DNA of 20,000 nucleotides from an uncultured virus (IMG/VR IMGVR_UViG_3300008107_006367) (Duplodnaviria > Heunggongvirae > Uroviricota > Caudoviricetes): the IMG/VR virus record IMGVR_UViG_3300008107_006367. One strand, given 5' to 3'. The notes under the pieces were generated by a model. The model saw nothing but the letters and a program-made list of their open reading frames with translations, made no database searches and was not told where the DNA came from. Below are positions 1 to 9,833 of this stretch, in pieces. Each line of letters opens with the position of its first letter. The stretch's first letter is position 1. A program made the translations under genes and the position numbers.

Positions 1-165
1 GATTATGTAAAGTCGGGTGATATAATTGCTGAAATAGAAACTGATAAAGCCGTTATGGATTTAGAAGTTTGGGAAAGTGGATATATAACCTATATAGGAA
101 TAGAAGAAGGTAAAAGAATACCAATTAATAGTATAATAGCTAAAATAGAAAATAATGTCAGATAA
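1..165 (+). CDS. Lipoyl-domain protein (5'-partial), ends right after the lipoyl domain
   Basis: Manual translation of frame 1: DYVKSGDIIAEIETDKAVMDLEVWESGYITYIGIEEGKRIPINSIIAKIENNVR*. The ETDKA lipoyl-attachment motif has its Lys at 46-48. Stop TAA at 163-165 overlaps the next start. Not in the ORF track. Confidence 0.9.
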   Translation, partial: DYVKSGDIIAEIETDKAVMDLEVWESGYITYIGIEEGKRIPINSIIAKIENNVR

Positions 166-1579
166 ATTTAAAGTTGATTTAGAACAACAAAACCCTTTGT
201 ATGTAAATACGAAGAAAACATTAGATGCAGTTGGACCGGGTATGTGTTTGGCAAAATGGACACAAGTAACGTTATCGTTGCAAGTTGGACATAACCACTC
301 ATGTCACCACCCACGCACTCACGCAATTTCACCGCAAGAGATTGCACGAAACCCATCTGCACTTCATAATACGAGATATAAAAAACTTCGTAGAAAAGAA
401 ATGTTAAGTGGTGCAAGACCAACGGAGTGTGATTATTGTTGGGGTGTAGAAGATAATTCAAACATATTTTCTGATAGAATATTTAAATCTTCAGAAAGCT
501 GGTCTTTACCATTTATGGAACAAATTAAAAGTTCTGATTGGAGAGATGATTTTAATCCAAAATATGTTGAGGTTGCATTTAGTAATGCTTGTAATTTCAA
601 ATGTTCATATTGTGGACCTGCATACAGCTCTCAATGGGTAGAAGAAATTGAACAATATGGTGCCTATCCTACAACCGATAGATTTAATGATACTCAATAT
701 TTGATTGAAGAACACAAAATGCCAATCGCTCAAAAAGACTACAATCCATACGTTGAAGCATTTTGGAAATGGTGGCCTGATTTGTATAGAGATTTACATA
801 CTTTTAGAATAACAGGTGGTGAACCATTATTAGCAAAAGATACTTGGAAAGTATTGGATTATATAATTGAACAAAAAAATCCAAATAAACAACTTAAATT
901 GGCATTTAATTCTAACTTAGGTGCACCGGATGTACTTATCGATAAGTTTATTGAAAAAATAAAACGAATTGAAGATGAAGATAGAGCAAGCGAAATTGTA
1001 ATCTTTACATCGGTAGATACCTGGGGAGAGCAAGCTGATTATATTAGAACGGGATTAGAATTTAATAGATTTTGGGATAACGTAAATAAAATTTTAACAA
1101 AATGCCCGAGAGTTATTATTACGTTCATGTCTACCTACAATGCACTAAGTTTATTTAATTATAATAAATTAATTAAAGAAGTATATAACCTAAAAGACAT
1201 ATATGGTAGTTATGATAGATATTGGAATTCAGCAGTATTCTTAGATTCATCTTATTTAAGATATCCTTTACATCAAACTGTACAAGTATTACCTTATGAT
1301 TTTTCTAAAAAAATATTAGAACAAACTAAGTTGATTACATACTACGCAATTCCTGTATTTGAACCAAAATATATTGGATTCTCTGATATAGAGGTACAAA
1401 AATTAAAAAGAATATATGATTGGATGATATCACCACAAGATGCCGGTAAGCAACTTAGAAACCGATACAACTTCCACAAATACTTTACGGAGCATGATAA
1501 GAGAAGGGGAACTAATTTTGTAAAAACATTCCCTGAATTGGAAGAATTTTATAATTTTTGTGGAACTATTCAAATTTAA
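155..1579 (+). CDS. Radical SAM protein with N-terminal twitch/SPASM-like Cys-rich domain
   Basis: CNFKCSYC (590-613) CxxxCxxC motif and TGGEPLL SAM-binding motif. N-terminal MCLAKW...SCHH...ECDYCW cysteine set. Confidence 0.9.
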   Translation: MSDKFKVDLEQQNPLYVNTKKTLDAVGPGMCLAKWTQVTLSLQVGHNHSCHHPRTHAISPQEIARNPSALHNTRYKKLRRKEMLSGARPTECDYCWGVEDNSNIFSDRIFKSSESWSLPFMEQIKSSDWRDDFNPKYVEVAFSNACNFKCSYCGPAYSSQWVEEIEQYGAYPTTDRFNDTQYLIEEHKMPIAQKDYNPYVEAFWKWWPDLYRDLHTFRITGGEPLLAKDTWKVLDYIIEQKNPNKQLKLAFNSNLGAPDVLIDKFIEKIKRIEDEDRASEIVIFTSVDTWGEQADYIRTGLEFNRFWDNVNKILTKCPRVIITFMSTYNALSLFNYNKLIKEVYNLKDIYGSYDRYWNSAVFLDSSYLRYPLHQTVQVLPYDFSKKILEQTKLITYYAIPVFEPKYIGFSDIEVQKLKRIYDWMISPQDAGKQLRNRYNFHKYFTEHDKRRGTNFVKTFPELEEFYNFCGTIQI

Positions 1580-1583
1580 AAAT

Positions 1584-2351
1584 ATGAGTTTATTAGTAAA
1601 AAAAGAAGAGCCTTGGGTTATCCTACCTGAAAGTAGATATGATATTACGGATAGAAAAATCGATACCTTTATGGATGATGATTTTTCATTATACCTAAAA
1701 GTAAAAATATTTCCAGAAACAATGGAATATGGGCAAGAAGGATTTGCATTTGGTAGAAGTGGTAAACATTCTGGATTATCTTTTTATAAAGTAAAAAGTA
1801 ACGATGGTTTTGATATCACTACATTAATGTGGACTTATTGGTTCACCGATGATACTTTTGTACAATTTCATCACACACTAAATGAATCAGAAGTAAATGA
1901 TTTTATTGAAGTAGTTGTATTAAATGATGATACTAATTCAAAAACGTTTACAGTATATGTGAATTCAAAATTAGTAGATACAAAAGAATATGTTGAAAAA
2001 GATAAACAATCTTATAAATTTGGTGAAATGGGTGGCGGAGGATTTTATCAGTTTGGTAATGGTAATTTTCAAGTGCCGGATATAGCAATGTATTTAGAGT
2101 GTGAATTTGATATGTGTTTCTTAATAAAAGGTTTACGTTCATTAAATGAAATGCAATCGATGGCATATGGATATGAAAAAGACTTAGTTGAGTTTTTAGA
2201 AGATTTAAGAGTGTTTAGAGATGAAACCCCTTATAAAAAAGATTTAGCATTTTTCTTAGATTTTAAACAACAAAATAGATATAAAGTGTGGGAATTGACT
2301 CACAATGGAAATTATTTATCAAAAGCAACTTTAGAAAACATTTATTTTTAA
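1584..2351 (+). CDS. Hypothetical protein, possible LamG/concanavalin A-like beta-sandwich
   Basis: Open frame. ATG 1584 is preferred over 1560 because it follows the upstream stop. The pattern DFSLYLKVK...VVVLND...FTVYVNSKLV...FYQFG resembles LamG-like domains; this fold call is tentative. Confidence 0.5.
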   Translation: MSLLVKKEEPWVILPESRYDITDRKIDTFMDDDFSLYLKVKIFPETMEYGQEGFAFGRSGKHSGLSFYKVKSNDGFDITTLMWTYWFTDDTFVQFHHTLNESEVNDFIEVVVLNDDTNSKTFTVYVNSKLVDTKEYVEKDKQSYKFGEMGGGGFYQFGNGNFQVPDIAMYLECEFDMCFLIKGLRSLNEMQSMAYGYEKDLVEFLEDLRVFRDETPYKKDLAFFLDFKQQNRYKVWELTHNGNYLSKATLENIYF

Positions 2352-2352
2352 A

Positions 2353-3318
2353 ATGAAAATATTAATTACAGGCGGAGCAGGCTATTTAGGTTCAGTTATG
2401 GTTGAACGATTCCTACATGTAGGATATGAAGTTACAGTATTAGATAAACTATTATTTAATCAAACTTCTCTTTTACAATATACATCATATCCTAAATTTA
2501 AATTCATATATGGAGATGTTCGTAACGAATCATTATTAGAGCAGTTATGTAAAGAAGCTGATGTGATTATACCATTAGCGGCAATAGTTGGATTTCCTGC
2601 TTGTGCAGCAGACCCTAAATTAGCAAAGGAAATTAATTTTGACCAAATCTTTAATATTGTAAGATTTGCTAAAGATAAAAAGATTTTATATCCAAATACA
2701 AATAGTGGATATGGAATTGGTATTGGACAAACCGAATGTACCGAAGAATCGCCTCTTACACCGATATCAGTTTATGGACAAACTAAATGTGATGCAGAAA
2801 ATTTCCTAAGAGCAAACACATCTGCAATTACTTTTAGATTAGCTACTGTATTTGGCGTATCACCAAGAATGAGAACCGACTTGTTAGTAAACGATTTTGT
2901 TTACAAAGCAATTACTGATAAATACATTGTGGTGTTTGAAAAGACATTTAAAAGAAATTTTATTCATATTGAAGATGTAGCATCTGCATTTCTTTTTATG
3001 ATAAATCACTACGATGAATATAAAGGTGAAGTATTTAATGTAGGATTAAGCTCTGCAAACCTTTCAAAGCAGGAACTATTGGAAAAGATACAATCCCATG
3101 TAAAGGATTTTGCGGTATCATACAACGATTTTTATGAGGACCCCGATAAAAGAGATTACATCGTATCAAACGCTAAAATAGAAGCGACTGGTTGGTTACC
3201 ACAATGGGATTTAGATAGAGGTATTAAACAATTGATTCAAGGGTATCAAATGATAGTTCCAAAAATGGGTGCAGAATTCAGAAATGGATTTCCATTAGGA
3301 TACGCAAATAAAGCATAA
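2353..3318 (+). CDS. NAD-dependent epimerase/dehydratase (extended SDR, nucleotide-sugar enzyme)
   Basis: ILITGGAGYLG Rossmann motif, intact YGQTK (YxxxK), RLATVFG and RNFIHIED. Confidence 0.92.
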   Translation: MKILITGGAGYLGSVMVERFLHVGYEVTVLDKLLFNQTSLLQYTSYPKFKFIYGDVRNESLLEQLCKEADVIIPLAAIVGFPACAADPKLAKEINFDQIFNIVRFAKDKKILYPNTNSGYGIGIGQTECTEESPLTPISVYGQTKCDAENFLRANTSAITFRLATVFGVSPRMRTDLLVNDFVYKAITDKYIVVFEKTFKRNFIHIEDVASAFLFMINHYDEYKGEVFNVGLSSANLSKQELLEKIQSHVKDFAVSYNDFYEDPDKRDYIVSNAKIEATGWLPQWDLDRGIKQLIQGYQMIVPKMGAEFRNGFPLGYANKA

Positions 3319-3319
3319 T

Positions 3320-3865
3320 ATGAGTAACAAGTGGGATGAGTTCCAAATTACTCCATCTAAAAAATTTGGTTATGATGTTCCGATATTTCAACCATCGGTT
3401 TATAGAGAATATAGAGGTGAGATATTCACAACATACCATTCGGAAGAACATCCTGTAATGAATCATATACACTATGATAAGAATGAACTTTCTATTCACG
3501 GAAGATTTTCTCGTTCTTATAAGGGTGTATTAAGAGGATTGCATTGGGATAAAAAGACATGGAAGTTAGTTCAAGCAGCTGTAGGTGATATTTATTTGGT
3601 TGTTTTGGATATGAGAGAGAATTCACCAACTTATGGAGATTGGGAATCATTTATTATAACCGAAAGATTAAGGAATCAGATATTAGTTCCACCGGGGTTT
3701 GCAAACGGACACTACGCATTAACTGATTGTATGTTTCATTATAACCTATTTTACAAAGATGGTTATGTGGATGCGGATGAACAATATGTAGTTAAGTGGA
3801 ATGACCCGGAATTTCAAATGGAATGGCCTACAAATAATCCAATATTACAAAAAAGAGATAGATGA
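3320..3865 (+). CDS. rfbC: dTDP-4-dehydrorhamnose 3,5-epimerase family (RmlC/RfbC-like cupin)
   Basis: EYRG, GVLRGLH, VVLDMRENSPTYGDW, LVPPGFANGH and WNDP are RmlC-family motifs. The actual NDP-sugar substrate is unknown. Confidence 0.88.
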   Translation: MSNKWDEFQITPSKKFGYDVPIFQPSVYREYRGEIFTTYHSEEHPVMNHIHYDKNELSIHGRFSRSYKGVLRGLHWDKKTWKLVQAAVGDIYLVVLDMRENSPTYGDWESFIITERLRNQILVPPGFANGHYALTDCMFHYNLFYKDGYVDADEQYVVKWNDPEFQMEWPTNNPILQKRDR

Positions 3866-4869
3866 AAAATATAGTGGATATATTTGATAATTTTATTGTA
3901 ATAAAAAGACCTATTTTTGTTTCTTACAATAGAGAGGAAATAATAGATTTTTTTAATCAAATATTACCATATTTTAATAATGGATATAAATGTTTTTACG
4001 CAGAAAACGGAGAACCAATTAATAATGATTATATAAAAAATTTACAAATTATATCCGATATACTTACTTCTAATAATATAAATCCTAATAAATTTGTAAT
4101 TTTATACGAAAATAATTCAGAATCACATAAAAAATTATTAAAAAATTTAGGATTTGAATATGCACTACATATTCGATGGATTACAGATGCTACTCCAAAA
4201 GAATTTTTAGATAATCAATTTTTATCAAATAATTTAGACAAAAAGTTTTTATTCTTAAATAGAAAGTTTAAACATCATAGAGTAGAATTATATCAATATT
4301 TAAAAAATGAAAATATACTAAATAATACATATTATTCTGCTAAATGGTTGAATGATAGTAATTTTGAAGAAGATTATGAATCTGAAAAAGTTAGATTACG
4401 TGTAGATGTTCACGACCATTTGTTTGAACTATATAATCAATCGTATATCCACATTATAACAGAAACAAAATGTGAAGATGTAATTGAAAATATTGATGTA
4501 TCTTTTTTTAGTGAAAAAACATTTAGACATTTGGCATTCAATAGACCATTTATAATGGTAGCTGAAAAAAATCATATAAAAACCTTACAATCATTAGGGT
4601 TTAAAACATTTCATCCATATATTGATGAGAGTTATGACGGATTGGATTACAATGAGCGAATGAAAAAAATAAAACAAATAATAATTGATTTGAATAAAAA
4701 ATCAAAAGAAGAATTATTTGAATTATGTAAAAATTGTGAAAATATATTTGAGCATAATAGATTACATTTAATTGAAATTAGTAAATCAATACAAAGTAAT
4801 ATAAAAGAAAGATATCCATATGCTTTACAAGCGATAAATAAATTAATTACAAACTATAAATTTATATGA
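3862..4869 (+). CDS. Hypothetical protein, putative glycosyltransferase-like paralog 1
   Basis: KKFLFLNR...HR; IITET...FFSEKT...RPFI...LGFKTF..YIDESYD block shared with 5497, 11631 and 13896. ATGA overlaps at both ends. Confidence 0.55.
   Translation: MKNIVDIFDNFIVIKRPIFVSYNREEIIDFFNQILPYFNNGYKCFYAENGEPINNDYIKNLQIISDILTSNNINPNKFVILYENNSESHKKLLKNLGFEYALHIRWITDATPKEFLDNQFLSNNLDKKFLFLNRKFKHHRVELYQYLKNENILNNTYYSAKWLNDSNFEEDYESEKVRLRVDVHDHLFELYNQSYIHIITETKCEDVIENIDVSFFSEKTFRHLAFNRPFIMVAEKNHIKTLQSLGFKTFHPYIDESYDGLDYNERMKKIKQIIIDLNKKSKEELFELCKNCENIFEHNRLHLIEISKSIQSNIKERYPYALQAINKLITNYKFI
4585..4638 (+). repeat. Conserved DNA block of the paralog family (similar copies at ~6580-6633 and ~15058-15107)
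   Basis: ttacaatcattagggtttaaaacattt / ttacaatcattaggatttaaaacgttt / aatcattaggatttaaaacattt, each followed by a related I-D-E-[ST]-Y-D coding stretch. Confidence 0.7.
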
Positions 4870-5495
4870 TAAAAAATTTAGAGAAATACCCGATAGTAAG
4901 AAATATTGAGCAAACGTCAGAAACCCTAATTGATTTTGAAAACCTAATAGTAAAGCATTGGGAGGAAGGCAAAATCAGAGGACCAATACATTTATCAAAT
5001 GGAAATGAAGAGCAATTAATTGAAGTATTTAAACGTATCAATCAAAACGATTGGGTATTTAGTACATGGCGTTCTCATTATCATTGTTTACTTAAAGATA
5101 TTTGTCCTGTTTGGATTGAAGAAGAAATATTGAAAGGTAAATCAATTACATTATGTAACGTTGATGAAAAGTTTTATTCATCAGCTATCGTAGGTGGAAC
5201 TCTTTCAATAGCATTGGGAGCGGCTATGGGAATTAAGCAAAGTGGAAGCGATGAAAAGGTTTGGGCCTTTATTGGTGATATGAGTTTTGAGAGTGGCATA
5301 TTTTATGAGGTTCACAAATATGCAAGAAACTTCGATTTACCACTATACTTTGTTGTTGAAGATAATGATGTTTCTACTTACACTCCAACTGAAGCAACTT
5401 GGAATAAAAAAAGAGAAGTACCGGAAGATGTAATTTACTATAAATACAAATCAAAATTTCCACATTACGGAACGGGTAAGTGGATTGCATTTTAA
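4866..5495 (+). CDS. ThDP-dependent dehydrogenase E1 alpha-like subunit (short, 209 aa)
   Basis: GPIHLSNGNE, STWRSHYH, SAIVG and the ThDP-binding motif GDM...VEDN (5274-5366). Confidence 0.88.
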   Translation: MIKNLEKYPIVRNIEQTSETLIDFENLIVKHWEEGKIRGPIHLSNGNEEQLIEVFKRINQNDWVFSTWRSHYHCLLKDICPVWIEEEILKGKSITLCNVDEKFYSSAIVGGTLSIALGAAMGIKQSGSDEKVWAFIGDMSFESGIFYEVHKYARNFDLPLYFVVEDNDVSTYTPTEATWNKKREVPEDVIYYKYKSKFPHYGTGKWIAF

Positions 5496-5496
5496 T

Positions 5497-6855
5497 ATGT
5501 TAAAATTTATATACGATAGATACGATTTTAAAAGAAGAAAACCATATCCAAATTTATTTGATAAGGCTATAATCTCATATTATAATCAGCATTCTGAAGA
5601 TTATAATTATGATATAAATACGCAGAAATTTTTATTAACAACATGCCATTCTGAATTATATGGTAATTTAGTTCACAAAACAAACAATTATATAATTGCA
5701 CAGGATGGTGTTCCAAATAAAGATGAAAAATATTTTTATCCAATAGAAATATTTGGAAATCATAGAAGAATTTTATTAGGAAATGATTGGAAAACAAAAG
5801 ATGGTATTAAATATTCAAGTTCATTTAAAACAGGCATATCACAAAAAGTTATAGATTTAGCTAAAGCTGGTAGAATTCAATTTATTATAAATTATTCACA
5901 CGAACCATTTTCAGATGAATGGTTTATAGAAGAATTTGAAAAAATGGTCAATGAAATGGAACTTAATATGAATATGTTTCATTTTTTTGTGGGTACATCT
6001 AATTTATATGAGTTAGTACCAAAAGCAAAGGAATATAATTTTTATTTTGAAGATTCAATAATACAAAGTACTGCAATTAAAATTAAAAATTTAAAATCAC
6101 AACCAAATTTTACTTTAGGATATAAAACTGAATGGATTGATGATTCTGAAATAGATTTAAATCGTAGTAAATATTTTGTTTGTTTAAATAGAAATTCACA
6201 AAAATCATTTAGATATACTTTTGGTTGTTTTTTGGAATCAAAAAATATGTGGGATAAAGTGTATGCCAGTTTTCTAAAAAAATCGGACAATAAAGCATTA
6301 TATTTAACAGGCGATGAATTATTTGATTTATCTATAAAAAATTCAGAAGAATCTTTCTCTAATAAAATACCAATAGAAGTTGATACACATAGTTCTGAAG
6401 ATAAGGAATCATTTGAAGTAGCAAAAGCATTTAAAAAAGAAATATATTTAGATTCTTACATATACATAGTTACTGAAACAAATTTTGAAGATGATATTTT
6501 TATAACCGAAAAAATTTGCAATCCAATGGCTGTGCTACAACCATTTATTATTTTTGGAGCATATGGTTATTTAAAATATTTACAATCATTAGGATTTAAA
6601 ACGTTTGATGGGTTTATAGATGAAACGTATGATGATATAAAAGATAATCAAAAAAGATATTTGAAAGTATGTTCAGAAATAGAGAGAATTTCAAACTTGC
6701 CAATAGAACAATTACATAGTTGGTACAATTCTATAACTGATATTATGATTCATAATAGAAATCATTTAATATCATTTGCAGATAAAACAATGTTTAGAGA
6801 TAATTTAGAAAAAATAGAAAAAAAATGGATAAGAAGTACAATAAAATTGTTATAA
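5497..6855 (+). CDS. Hypothetical protein, putative glycosyltransferase-like paralog 2
   Basis: KYFVCLNR; IVTET...FITEKI...QPFI...LGFKTF..FIDETYD. ATG 5497 is preferred over the track's TTG 5485. Confidence 0.55.
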   Translation: MLKFIYDRYDFKRRKPYPNLFDKAIISYYNQHSEDYNYDINTQKFLLTTCHSELYGNLVHKTNNYIIAQDGVPNKDEKYFYPIEIFGNHRRILLGNDWKTKDGIKYSSSFKTGISQKVIDLAKAGRIQFIINYSHEPFSDEWFIEEFEKMVNEMELNMNMFHFFVGTSNLYELVPKAKEYNFYFEDSIIQSTAIKIKNLKSQPNFTLGYKTEWIDDSEIDLNRSKYFVCLNRNSQKSFRYTFGCFLESKNMWDKVYASFLKKSDNKALYLTGDELFDLSIKNSEESFSNKIPIEVDTHSSEDKESFEVAKAFKKEIYLDSYIYIVTETNFEDDIFITEKICNPMAVLQPFIIFGAYGYLKYLQSLGFKTFDGFIDETYDDIKDNQKRYLKVCSEIERISNLPIEQLHSWYNSITDIMIHNRNHLISFADKTMFRDNLEKIEKKWIRSTIKLL

Positions 6856-7769
6856 CAGGCTGTAGCGGCTTAGTTGGAATACATTTAGTAAAAAAATGTT
6901 TAAATAAAGGATATGACGTAATTGGTGTAGATTTAAAATATTCTGATAATTTACCAATATCAGATAACTTTACTTTCTATGAATTAGATTTAACAAATGA
7001 AGAAAACATAAAAAATTTATTTTTTTATGAAACACCAGATGTAGTATTTAATTGTTTTGGTATTAAAGGTTCACCACTAAGAGCAAAAACTAAGCCAGTA
7101 GATTTTTTATATCCATCGTTTAAGGCTAATACTGAAATAATTAATCAATGTGCTAAGCACAATATTTGGTTAGTATTCGTAAGTTCAGTTGGCGTTTATG
7201 CACCTGCTGAAAAGTTTGTAGAAGATAGTGTTTGGAAAACACTTCCATCGGAAGCAGATTGGTTTCCATCGTGGAGTAAAAGGATGGGTGAAATTCTTTT
7301 AGAATCGTATAAGGTTCAATATAATTACGATAATTGGGCTATTATTAGACCAGCAAATATCTTTGGTGAATATGATGATTTTAGTGGTAATGGTACTGTA
7401 ATTGGAACTCAATGTAAAAAAATATTTGAAGCAACAAATGAGATTGAAGCATGGGGGGATGGTACACCTATCAGAGATTTTGTATATGCCGGCGATGTAG
7501 CTGATGCTATTTTAGAACTATATGAACGTGATTTACATACTACAATTAACTTTGGAGCGGGTGAAGAAATTACTATTAAATCTATGATTGAACAACTGAT
7601 AGAAATTAGTGGAAAGGATATATCTATAAAATGGGATACATCTAAACCAAACGGAGATATGCGTAGACAGATGGATACCACAAAGCAATCTGAAATTGGA
7701 TTATTACCAAAATTAGGGTTCAAAGAAGCATTGAGAAAAACATACAATCATTATATTAGTGGAAAATAA
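6825..7769 (+). CDS. Extended SDR, GDP-L-fucose synthase-like NDP-sugar epimerase/reductase
   Basis: ITGCSGLVG, RPANIFGEYDDF, WGDGTPIRDFVY and WDTSKPNG. The canonical YxxxK is replaced by PSWSK. Confidence 0.85.
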   Translation: MDKKYNKIVITGCSGLVGIHLVKKCLNKGYDVIGVDLKYSDNLPISDNFTFYELDLTNEENIKNLFFYETPDVVFNCFGIKGSPLRAKTKPVDFLYPSFKANTEIINQCAKHNIWLVFVSSVGVYAPAEKFVEDSVWKTLPSEADWFPSWSKRMGEILLESYKVQYNYDNWAIIRPANIFGEYDDFSGNGTVIGTQCKKIFEATNEIEAWGDGTPIRDFVYAGDVADAILELYERDLHTTINFGAGEEITIKSMIEQLIEISGKDISIKWDTSKPNGDMRRQMDTTKQSEIGLLPKLGFKEALRKTYNHYISGK

Positions 7770-8835
7770 GTTACATATTGTTACATCGGGTTGTTCATTC
7801 ACTCACAATTATAGAATGAATATATCTTTGCCAGAAATGGAAGATAGGTGGAAAAATGACCCGAAGGAAGATTATACCTGGTTTCATTGGTTATGGAGAA
7901 AGTTGGATAAGGATGCCGAATTTCATAACTATGGTACTATTACAAACGATAATAAAACAATTTGTCGTTCCATATTCTATAAGGTAAATGATTTGATTTT
8001 TAATCAAAATGTAAATCCAAAAGATATCATTGTAATTGCACAATGGACTACATTGACTAGGAATTCATTTTTCATTTCACCATCAAAGTATAAAGAAAAT
8101 CCAAAAAATGATTTAACAAAATTGTGGTTAGAAAAAAATGATTCTCACCCACACACCAACGATTTTATAAAATTTGACGAAAAAGAATATTGTTATCAGC
8201 ATGGGTATTACTATCTAACCGGTGGATATAATCTAACAAACCATCCTGGCAAAGTTGATGAATTTTGTTCACACTACTTAGACAGTGTAATGTCAAAAGA
8301 GGAAAGATATATAGATTGGTTTGATTCGCTGATTGGATTGTTGAGTTGGTTAGAGAAAGTCGGCGTTACTAAATTCTATTCATTTAATATGAATAATAAT
8401 TTTTCAAAACCGGCATTAGAAGCAAAAACGCCGCCATTTCATATTTGGGATAATCCAAAATTTGGGACTCCGTATCAGCAAATGATAGAGCAAAAAAAAG
8501 TTGAAAATACTTGGGGTAGTGGTTTAATGATATATGATAATCCATATGTAAAAATGTATTCTGATAGAATAGATTTTGATAAATACTTTTGGTTTTTTGA
8601 AGAAAATTCCGTACATTCGTATGGAGGAATTATAGAATGGAGCATTAGAAACTTTGACTATAATTTATCAGATGGTAATTATAATTTACCAAAAGTATTG
8701 TGGAGAGAGATGAACGGAATGAGTATAGATGCACAAAAACAATATTTGGAAAAAAGTTGGTATGGACATACATCATCTATATTAACTCATAAATTTGTAA
8801 ATGATGTAGTTTTAAATTGGGAAATTTTTAAATAA
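7759..8835 (+). CDS. SGNH/GDSL-like hydrolase/acyltransferase paralog 1
   Basis: GTG start. IVTSGCSFT (block I-like), QWT..TR and C-terminal GHTS. Clear paralog of 12800..13894. Confidence 0.55.
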   Translation: MENKLHIVTSGCSFTHNYRMNISLPEMEDRWKNDPKEDYTWFHWLWRKLDKDAEFHNYGTITNDNKTICRSIFYKVNDLIFNQNVNPKDIIVIAQWTTLTRNSFFISPSKYKENPKNDLTKLWLEKNDSHPHTNDFIKFDEKEYCYQHGYYYLTGGYNLTNHPGKVDEFCSHYLDSVMSKEERYIDWFDSLIGLLSWLEKVGVTKFYSFNMNNNFSKPALEAKTPPFHIWDNPKFGTPYQQMIEQKKVENTWGSGLMIYDNPYVKMYSDRIDFDKYFWFFEENSVHSYGGIIEWSIRNFDYNLSDGNYNLPKVLWREMNGMSIDAQKQYLEKSWYGHTSSILTHKFVNDVVLNWEIFK

Positions 8836-8840
8836 AAAAT

Positions 8841-9833
8841 ATGAAAAGAACAGACAAAATTTTAGTTACAGGCGCAAGTGGATTTATTGGTTCACGATTA
8901 TTAAAAATGTTATATGAAAATGGATATACTAATTTAAGAGCAACTACATTTGCTAGAGACTTAAGAAATGATTTTTCAGGTACACAATTTGTAGAACATA
9001 TAAAAGGAGATTTACAAACTGCTGAATTTTGTGAAAAAGTTGTAAAAGATATTGATGTAGTATTCCATTGTGCAGCAAATACATCAAATGCATTGGATAC
9101 AAAAGTAAATCCTCTTATACACGTTACGGCTAATGTTGAAATGAATGTAAACTTAATGGAGCAAGCTTGGAAAAACAAAGTTCGTAAGTTTATGTATATT
9201 TCATCAAATACAGTTTATCCTGATTTAGGTTCTGAATTTTGTTATGAAGATGAAAATTGTCAAACACCAAACATATTTCCTGTTTATAAAGCGGTTGGTA
9301 ATATGAAACGTTATGGCGAAACACTTTGTGATTTCTTATCAAACCATATTCATACTCCAATGCAGTGTGTAATTATCAGACCTTCAAATGCGTTTGGACC
9401 TAATGATAAATATGATTATGAAAAGTGCCACGTTACTCCCGCAAATATCCGCAAGGTAGCGGATGGATTAAACCCAATTCCAGTATGGGGTGATGGTAGT
9501 GAGATTAGAGATGTTATTCACGTTGATGATATGGTTAGTGGATTCATATGTGTAGCTGAAAACGTAGATACATATGATGTTTACAATGTATGCTATGGAC
9601 AAGGATACTCTGTAAATGAAGTATTGAATACTATAAAAGAAATTGAAGGTAATACAAATCCCATAGAATATGTTAACAACAAAGCTCCAATGATTCCCGT
9701 TAGATTACTTTCTAATGATAAACTTCGTAAGTTGGGATGGAAACCTAAATATGATTTAAGAAGTGGATTAGAAGATGCGTTAAAGTGGTACAAAGAACAT
9801 AAAAACGAATTTAATCCAAATTCAAAACCTTAA
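8841..9833 (+). CDS. Extended SDR, GDP-L-fucose synthase-like NDP-sugar epimerase/reductase
   Basis: ILVTGASGFIG, RPSNAFGPNDKY, CHVTPA and WGDGSEIRDVIHVDD. The canonical YxxxK is replaced by VGNMK. Confidence 0.87.
   Translation: MKRTDKILVTGASGFIGSRLLKMLYENGYTNLRATTFARDLRNDFSGTQFVEHIKGDLQTAEFCEKVVKDIDVVFHCAANTSNALDTKVNPLIHVTANVEMNVNLMEQAWKNKVRKFMYISSNTVYPDLGSEFCYEDENCQTPNIFPVYKAVGNMKRYGETLCDFLSNHIHTPMQCVIIRPSNAFGPNDKYDYEKCHVTPANIRKVADGLNPIPVWGDGSEIRDVIHVDDMVSGFICVAENVDTYDVYNVCYGQGYSVNEVLNTIKEIEGNTNPIEYVNNKAPMIPVRLLSNDKLRKLGWKPKYDLRSGLEDALKWYKEHKNEFNPNSKP

Noticed and set aside
1560..5496. Track start sites at 1560 (ATG) and 5485 (TTG)
   Set aside because: Downstream ATGs at 1584 and 5497 sit just after the preceding stops and match the packing pattern of the operon.
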